Positions 61,011 to 64,000 of a stretch of DNA of 64,000 bases are shown here, in pieces (position 1 is the stretch's first letter; each line of letters starts with the position of its first letter). A program made the translations under genes and the position numbers. The notes below the pieces were generated by a model that was not told where the DNA came from, did no database searches, and saw nothing but the letters and a program-made list of their open reading frames with translations. Where the stretch lies: assembly GCA_965221695.1 (NCBI GenBank), contig OZ244905.1, positions 2,400,001 through 2,464,000 on the forward strand. Reading direction: 5' to 3'. This DNA comes from Gammaproteobacteria bacterium. GTDB taxonomy: Bacteria; Pseudomonadota; Gammaproteobacteria; Eutrophobiales; Eutrophobiaceae.

Positions 61011-61037
61011 GGAAGCTCTGACTTAATCAGAGGTTCC
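61011..61037. repeat. Short palindromic repeat-family member
   Basis: tta-GGAAGCTCTGA-cttaa-TCAGAGGTTCC-ctta just after the TonB stop codon. Confidence 0.75.
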
Positions 61038-61083
61038 CTTACTATTTTGTGTAAGTTTTAGTAACTGAACAGCGCCCCATACC

Positions 61084-61161
61084 ATTCCCGCGCAAGCGGG
61101 AGTGGTATTCTGGCAATGTTTACGCAGCGCCCCCCTATCCCATTCCCGTGGAAACGGGAAT
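61084..61161. repeat. Two ATTCCC-N8-GGGAAT (dRS3-like) palindromes
   Basis: ATTCCC-gcgcaagc-GGGAGT (61084-61103) and ATTCCC-gtggaaac-GGGAAT (61142-61161). Confidence 0.7.
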
Positions 61162-61199
61162 CCAGTGAAAAAACGGGTCGGCCCCGGGCGACACATTAT

Positions 61200-62375
61200 T
61201 CATTGTTCATAGCGAAAAACCAACGCCAGGTAGGACAGCGCCGAGAAACAAATAAACACTGCCACAGGCAAACACAAACTCAATACATTACCGTTATAGA
61301 TCAGTGAAGCCAGGACGGCCGCGATCGCACCCAGGGCCATGGACATACTGTTGGAGATCCCTGATGCAGTGCCGGCCTTATCCGGGTGATGCGCAACCGC
61401 CCCGGCCATGGATGGTGGGTTGACCAGTCCTGTGGAAGCGAACAGGAACAGAAAGGGTATCAGGATGGTTAAAACGCCGACCGGTAAATGCCAGGTCGCA
61501 AGCAGAATCAGCCCGGCGCTGAAAAATGTGCCGCACAGTCCCAGTTGCAATGAGCGTTCGGCGCCGCGCCGGCGGATAACCACGCTGCCAATCAACGATC
61601 CGCAGATATAGGCTAAAGCCATGCTGCCCATGTAAACACCGAACAGGGTCGGCCCCGTGAACAAGCGCTCTTCAAAATACAGCGGCGCGCTGGTCAGGAA
61701 AGTAAAAAAAGCAGCGTTGCCGAACCCGAATACCAGGGTGTAGCCCCAGAATAACCTGGACTTAATCAGACTGCTGAGGTCGGCGCGGATTTTTCTGACA
61801 GCACGGTCTGCTTTTGCCTGTTGCCGACCGGTCTCCGGCAACATTGATATCAACAGCATCAGCACTACCACGGCAAGGCCGGTCATCGCATGAAAACTCA
61901 TGCGCCAACCCCAGGTTTCTATCAGGTAACCGGACAAGGCCGGCGCCAGCATGGTTGCCACGCCCATGCCCCCGGCCAGGTAAGCGGTGTAATGCGCGCT
62001 GGCATCGATACTGAAGCTATCCCGAAACATTGCGCGCGTAACAACTGTGGCCGTGGCTATGCCGGCAGCCTGGACAAGCCGGAATACGATGAACCAGAAC
62101 ATCGTACCGCTCACCGCACAGGCCAGGGTCGCCAGAGTAAATACGGCAAACCCCCACAGCAACACCGGCCGTCTTCCGTACCGGTCACTCAACATGCCGT
62201 GCACAGGTTGCGCCAGGGCCAGCCCCAACAGGTAGATGGAAATCGTGAACTGCACCGTCGATATGGGCAGTCCGAACTCATTTCCGATTGCCGGCAGCGC
62301 CGGCACACACGCGGTCATCGCTAACGGAGAGAACGAACTGGCAATGATCAGGAGAGATATCGGCGGTTTGGACAT
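61200..62375 (-). CDS. Bcr/CflA-family MFS efflux transporter
   Basis: PALPAI...VQFTISIYLLG, GMLSDRYGRRPVL, PET motif. Confidence 0.9.
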   Translation of the reverse strand: MSKPPISLLIIASSFSPLAMTACVPALPAIGNEFGLPISTVQFTISIYLLGLALAQPVHGMLSDRYGRRPVLLWGFAVFTLATLACAVSGTMFWFIVFRLVQAAGIATATVVTRAMFRDSFSIDASAHYTAYLAGGMGVATMLAPALSGYLIETWGWRMSFHAMTGLAVVVLMLLISMLPETGRQQAKADRAVRKIRADLSSLIKSRLFWGYTLVFGFGNAAFFTFLTSAPLYFEERLFTGPTLFGVYMGSMALAYICGSLIGSVVIRRRGAERSLQLGLCGTFFSAGLILLATWHLPVGVLTILIPFLFLFASTGLVNPPSMAGAVAHHPDKAGTASGISNSMSMALGAIAAVLASLIYNGNVLSLCLPVAVFICFSALSYLALVFRYEQ

Positions 62376-62416
62376 GTTAAAACGGTCGCCCTCCAGGCGA
62401 CACAGTATTCGATTGG

Positions 62417-62436
62417 ACTCCCGCTTCCGCGGGAGT
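62417..62436. repeat. dRS3-like palindrome (opposite orientation)
   Basis: tgg-ACTCCC-gcttccgc-GGGAGT-gg. Confidence 0.6.
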
Positions 62437-62560
62437 GGTTCGGAAAAATACCCTGATCATGAGAGTTTAGAATGACAGAGAGAGCCTGTCAGCACAACAT
62501 AATGTCATCCAGGACCCGGGATCAAACCATGGGCGGCTTATCCCGCGCAGTTATCCTGAG

Positions 62561-63442
62561 TTATTTTTGCGCGTCGATATATTTCTTGAAATAAGTCCAA
62601 CTGGTCTCGTTCGTACGGGCGTCGTCGCCAGGAGGCGGGCTCGTGTACTCAGGGTAGTTGGCGTTGATTTCATCCTTCATTAATGCCGGCAAGTCGTCCC
62701 AGCTTTTCAGCTTGCTGCCTACCGCGTTGAAATACATCAATCCAGAGCGTCCTCCCATTTTCATCCACGGTAACCAGGGAGCGATGCGTACCCACGCCAC
62801 GTTGATAGCGGCGGTGTTCTTCGACAGGTCGGCGATATCGTTTATGTTGCCGTTAAAGTCAAAGATTTCTGTCGCATGATAACTGTTGCCGACATAGGGC
62901 TGGTAATCCCCTCCCAGCACATTGGTATAAAACAAGGGCACTTCAAACGCCATGAAAGCAACATCATCAATGACCAGGGGTTCAAACCGGCGTTCCTTGC
63001 CATCCCTGCCCACTGGGAATTGTGGCCGTTGATTGACCGGATCGTTGGCCACGTGCAGGACCTCGACCTTTTCCCCGGTCCAGGGATTGTCCCACTCGCG
63101 CAAGATCTCACCGGTTTTCGGGTCGAGGTACAGCATGATTTCCCGCGATACCAAGCGGTAGCCTTCGCCTTTTTCGGCATCGGTAACGGTAACACATTGC
63201 CTGACATTCATACCCAGCACGTCAAACAACATTTTGTCCCGTTCTCCCGGGACCCTGGCATAGCCTCTGCCCTGCCACATATAGGTGACGGGATCGTTAT
63301 CTTTCAGCGAGCAATGGATTTTGCGCTGCGCCTGGATGTAACCCTTGCCGGTGGCAAAGTCGATTTGCGCCACCGCGCTGTTCGCAGCAAGCAGGGAAAC
63401 GCAGAAGCAAACTTGCGCAACCAGTCCAGTTGAATTCTTCAT
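62561..63442 (-). CDS. Exported DUF1838-family protein
   Basis: Signal peptide; RVPGERDK.LF, SRE..YLDP.TGE...W.NP.TGE.VEV.HVANDPVN, WLPWMKMG. Confidence 0.8.
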   Translation of the reverse strand: MKNSTGLVAQVCFCVSLLAANSAVAQIDFATGKGYIQAQRKIHCSLKDNDPVTYMWQGRGYARVPGERDKMLFDVLGMNVRQCVTVTDAEKGEGYRLVSREIMLYLDPKTGEILREWDNPWTGEKVEVLHVANDPVNQRPQFPVGRDGKERRFEPLVIDDVAFMAFEVPLFYTNVLGGDYQPYVGNSYHATEIFDFNGNINDIADLSKNTAAINVAWVRIAPWLPWMKMGGRSGLMYFNAVGSKLKSWDDLPALMKDEINANYPEYTSPPPGDDARTNETSWTYFKKYIDAQK

Positions 63443-63545
63443 TTTAAAACCCTCATGATCAGGTTTCTGCACACCCCAATTGTATGTTACTGTTGGCACA
63501 GGTCAGTTAGTAAAAAATCAGTCTTGTTATCATTCAGAAAATAAG

Positions 63546-63576
63546 ACTGCCGGCATCAACAGAGGATGCCGGCAGT
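63546..63576. terminator. Strong GC hairpin downstream of the TonB receptor gene
   Basis: ACTGCCGGCATC-aacagag-GATGCCGGCAGT; the U-tract is weak. Confidence 0.5.
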
Positions 63577-63623
63577 ACGAGAAACCCGGAGAAAATATCG
63601 GGGGAGGAAATTTTCCATACGGG

Positions 63624-64000
63624 TTAAAACCGGTAACGCGCAGTGACTCCGACGCGCCGTTTTTCAGGCAAGGTAATACCGATTGCCCGGTTGAACGGGT
63701 TGAAGGTCAGGTTGTTGGTCTGCACGTAACGGATCAGCGCGGCGGAGTCCTCGTTGTCAAACAGGTTATCCACCCAGACTTCAATATCGAAATTCCCGCC
63801 CCTAATGCCGCCGCGCAGGTTAACGACCTCCCTGTTGCCGGTATGGGCCAGATTGTAGACCTGCGCGTAACGCTTCGAGTTGTAATTCAGGTCGGCGCGC
63901 AGGAACCAGGACCAGTCATTTGTCATATTACCGTGCAAGGTATTGGACAGGTTAAACTGGTGTCTGGATGTCTGCGGTAAGTGGGTGCCGCTGATGATCA
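63624..64000 (-). CDS. TonB-dependent receptor, C-terminal part (5' end outside the window)
   Basis: Frame open to the window edge; SGTHLPQTSRHQ, VNLRGG, WVDNLFD, RRVGVTARYRF. Confidence 0.88.
   Translation of the reverse strand, partial: IISGTHLPQTSRHQFNLSNTLHGNMTNDWSWFLRADLNYNSKRYAQVYNLAHTGNREVVNLRGGIRGGNFDIEVWVDNLFDNEDSAALIRYVQTNNLTFNPFNRAIGITLPEKRRVGVTARYRF

Overview
64 kb of a Gammaproteobacterial chromosome, judged from the mreC/mreB-gatCAB synteny, the many TonB receptors and the liu genes. The gene content resembles marine or sponge-associated lineages (inference only). Housekeeping genes (mreBC, gatCAB, ndh, trpB2, liuABCD, maeB) alternate with accessory catabolic modules: (i) a VAO/eugenol-oxidase-type flavoprotein with a cytochrome c and a Tat-exported partner; (ii) a molybdenum-hydroxylase cluster with cupin, RidA, CoxG, RraA-like, ALDH7-like, GntR and VOC dioxygenase genes; (iii) a TetR-controlled TonB receptor plus TTQ amine dehydrogenase heavy and light chains with no mauE, mauD or mauG in the window; (iv) a hydantoinase A/B pair whose B subunit carries an acetone-carboxylase-gamma-like Zn domain; (v) a TonB/cupin/SnoaL/DUF1838 region with a shared palindromic operator. 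Two small defence-like islets hold TA genes and P-loop ATPases (about 20.3-25.1 kb) and an ABC-type ATPase plus DUF3226 pair (51.0-52.6 kb). The most striking non-coding signal is a dispersed GGAACCTCTGA...TCAGAGGTTCC inverted-repeat family. Its longest member is a 153-bp TTAA-flanked MITE-like element of five consecutive hairpins, two of which show CsrA/RsmA-type GGA loops. I found no rRNA, tRNA, CRISPR array, transposase or integrase. All family assignments come from motif recognition by eye, not database searches.
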